Source: Candidatus Sericytochromatia bacterium
Lineage (GTDB): Bacteria > Cyanobacteriota > Sericytochromatia > S15B-MN24 > JAQBPE01
Direction of reading: 5' to 3'
Length of the DNA: 15,713 nucleotides
NCBI GenBank assembly: GCA_035285125.1
Contig: JAYKHR010000122.1
Location: 1-15,713 of the forward strand
In this document: piece after piece, positions 14,619 through 15,713 of the stretch
Layout: each line of letters begins with the position of its first letter
Numbering within the stretch: the first letter of the stretch is position 1
The notes under the pieces: model-generated
Told to the model about the DNA's origin: nothing
Database searches by the model: none
What the model saw: the letters and a program-made list of their open reading frames with translations, nothing else
Translations under genes and position numbers: made by a program

Positions 14619-15548
14619 TCACCCCTCCCCGCCGCGGGGGGCGCCCCAACCCTCGAAGGCGGCCATCGCCGCGATGGTCTCCAGGCCCGGTGCCAACCCG
14701 AGCGACCGGGGCGTCACCGCCGGCAGCGCGTGGTCCCGGTGCGTCAGGCAGTGCCGATCCCAGCTCGTCATGCGGCGCCCGGCCACGCGCGGGGCCAGCC
14801 TGACGAGGGGCTCCGCGTCGAGCCGGCCGGCGTATCGCAAGCCGTGCACGTCACACAGCGCCGCCAGCGCCTCTGCGACCGAGAGGGGGGCGTTGCCGAG
14901 CACCCAGTCCTCGCCGCCGTGGCTGCCCGCTACCGCGGCGAGGGCCACCCGCGCCACGTCCTCGGCATGGATCAGCTGGAAGCGTCCCGCTGCCCGCAGG
15001 TGTCGCAGCCAGCGCAGCCAGGGGCGCGCCTCGGCCAGCGCCCTGCCCACGTGAGAGGGAGGCCCCCCGCGCGCACCCGCCACCACCAAGGTGGGGTACA
15101 GCACCGTCACGTGACGTCGCAGGCCCTCTTCGGCGAGCCGCTGCACGGCCTGCGCCTTGCTGATGATGTAGTCCGTGCCGTGGGTGAAGGCCGCCGGCAC
15201 GAGGCCGCCGCGGCCGTCCGCCACGCTGGCCGTCGCGACGTGCACCATCGGCACGCCGAGCCTTGCGAGGGCGAGCGTCGCTTCCACGTTCACGGGGTAG
15301 GCGATGGGGTCGCCCCAGGCCGTCGCGAGGTGGATGATGCCGTCCACGTCGGCGTACGCATCGGCCCCGTCGGCGAGATCGGCGACATCCCCCACCACGA
15401 CGGCCAGCCGCTCGGGCGGTGCCTGCACCTGCAGCCGCGCGGGCTCTCGGACCAGAGCCCGCACCCGCCAACGCGGCGTGGCGAGCAGGGTCCGCACGAC
15501 GCGGTGCCCGACGCAGCCGCTGGCGCCTGTCACGAGGACGGTCTTCAT
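14619..15548 (-). CDS. NAD-dependent epimerase/dehydratase family (extended SDR) protein
   Basis: MKTVLVTGASGCVG (Rossmann fold), IIHLATAWG, ATAS, GTDYIISK (YxxxK), YPTLV, FQLIHAEDVA. Start reassigned to ATG 15548. Confidence 0.92.
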   Translation of the reverse strand: MKTVLVTGASGCVGHRVVRTLLATPRWRVRALVREPARLQVQAPPERLAVVVGDVADLADGADAYADVDGIIHLATAWGDPIAYPVNVEATLALARLGVPMVHVATASVADGRGGLVPAAFTHGTDYIISKAQAVQRLAEEGLRRHVTVLYPTLVVAGARGGPPSHVGRALAEARPWLRWLRHLRAAGRFQLIHAEDVARVALAAVAGSHGGEDWVLGNAPLSVAEALAALCDVHGLRYAGRLDAEPLVRLAPRVAGRRMTSWDRHCLTHRDHALPAVTPRSLGLAPGLETIAAMAAFEGWGAPRGGEG

Positions 15549-15554
15549 GGCTGC

Positions 15555-15563
15555 ATGGTAGCA
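15555..15563 (-). promoter_or_regulatory. Extended -10 promoter implying a leaderless SDR transcript
   Basis: TG-C-TACCAT followed by 6 nt (GCAGCC) and then ATG 15548; no SD visible. Confidence 0.5.
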
Positions 15564-15713
15564 CGGGGCGTCCGGGCCCCGGCCGGACGCAACACAGGGC
15601 CTTGGAAATGGTGCGGTGGGCATGCCGGTTCGGCGCGCCCCGGTGGCGAGCCCTCGTTGAGGGCTGTCGCAGTGGGGTGGCCCCCGTGAGCGCCTGGAAA
15701 GTTTGGTGGCCAC

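Noticed and set aside
11756..15054. Long plus-strand ORFs 11756-13060, 13559-14272 and 13621-15054
   Set aside because: Antisense to the OYE, P450 and SDR genes; Arg/Gly/Ala-rich with no recognisable domains.
15549..15713. N-terminal extensions given in the ORF track (SDR from 15713; likewise starts at 1816, 5823 and 7669)
   Set aside because: The extensions are non-homologous and low-complexity; downstream starts coincide with domain or signal-peptide boundaries and SD/promoter signals.

Overview
A very GC-rich bacterial chromosomal segment. I see no rRNA, tRNA, CRISPR array or intact mobile element. The mix of a cyanobacterial-type SDR, N/G-rich octapeptide-repeat lipoproteins and a flagellin fragment suggests a flagellated, diderm, non-photosynthetic relative of cyanobacteria such as Sericytochromatia; this is inference only. 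Left to right: a partial COG2509 FAD-dependent dehydrogenase (-); a small outer-membrane beta-barrel-like protein; a 964-aa NHL/beta-propeller lipoprotein with N-terminal octapeptide repeats; a collapsed NHL-lipoprotein pseudogene; a decayed DUF4160/DUF2442 toxin-antitoxin-like pair; a GT2 glycosyltransferase; a hypothetical lipoprotein (-); a sucrose-type module (GPH/SLC45-like MFS plus GH68) followed by a carboxylesterase; a 124-aa 'mini-flagellin' carrying only the flagellin C-terminal D0 segment; a probable Fic remnant; and a minus-strand trio of SDR, cytochrome P450 and Old Yellow Enzyme. The most notable observations are the D0-only mini-flagellin with intact expression signals, a P450 with Glu-Pro instead of the Glu-Thr I-helix pair, a GH68 with Gln at the polymerisation residue, a recurring SigB/SigF-like promoter (GGTTT-N16-GGGYA), and Pho-box-like 11-bp repeats.
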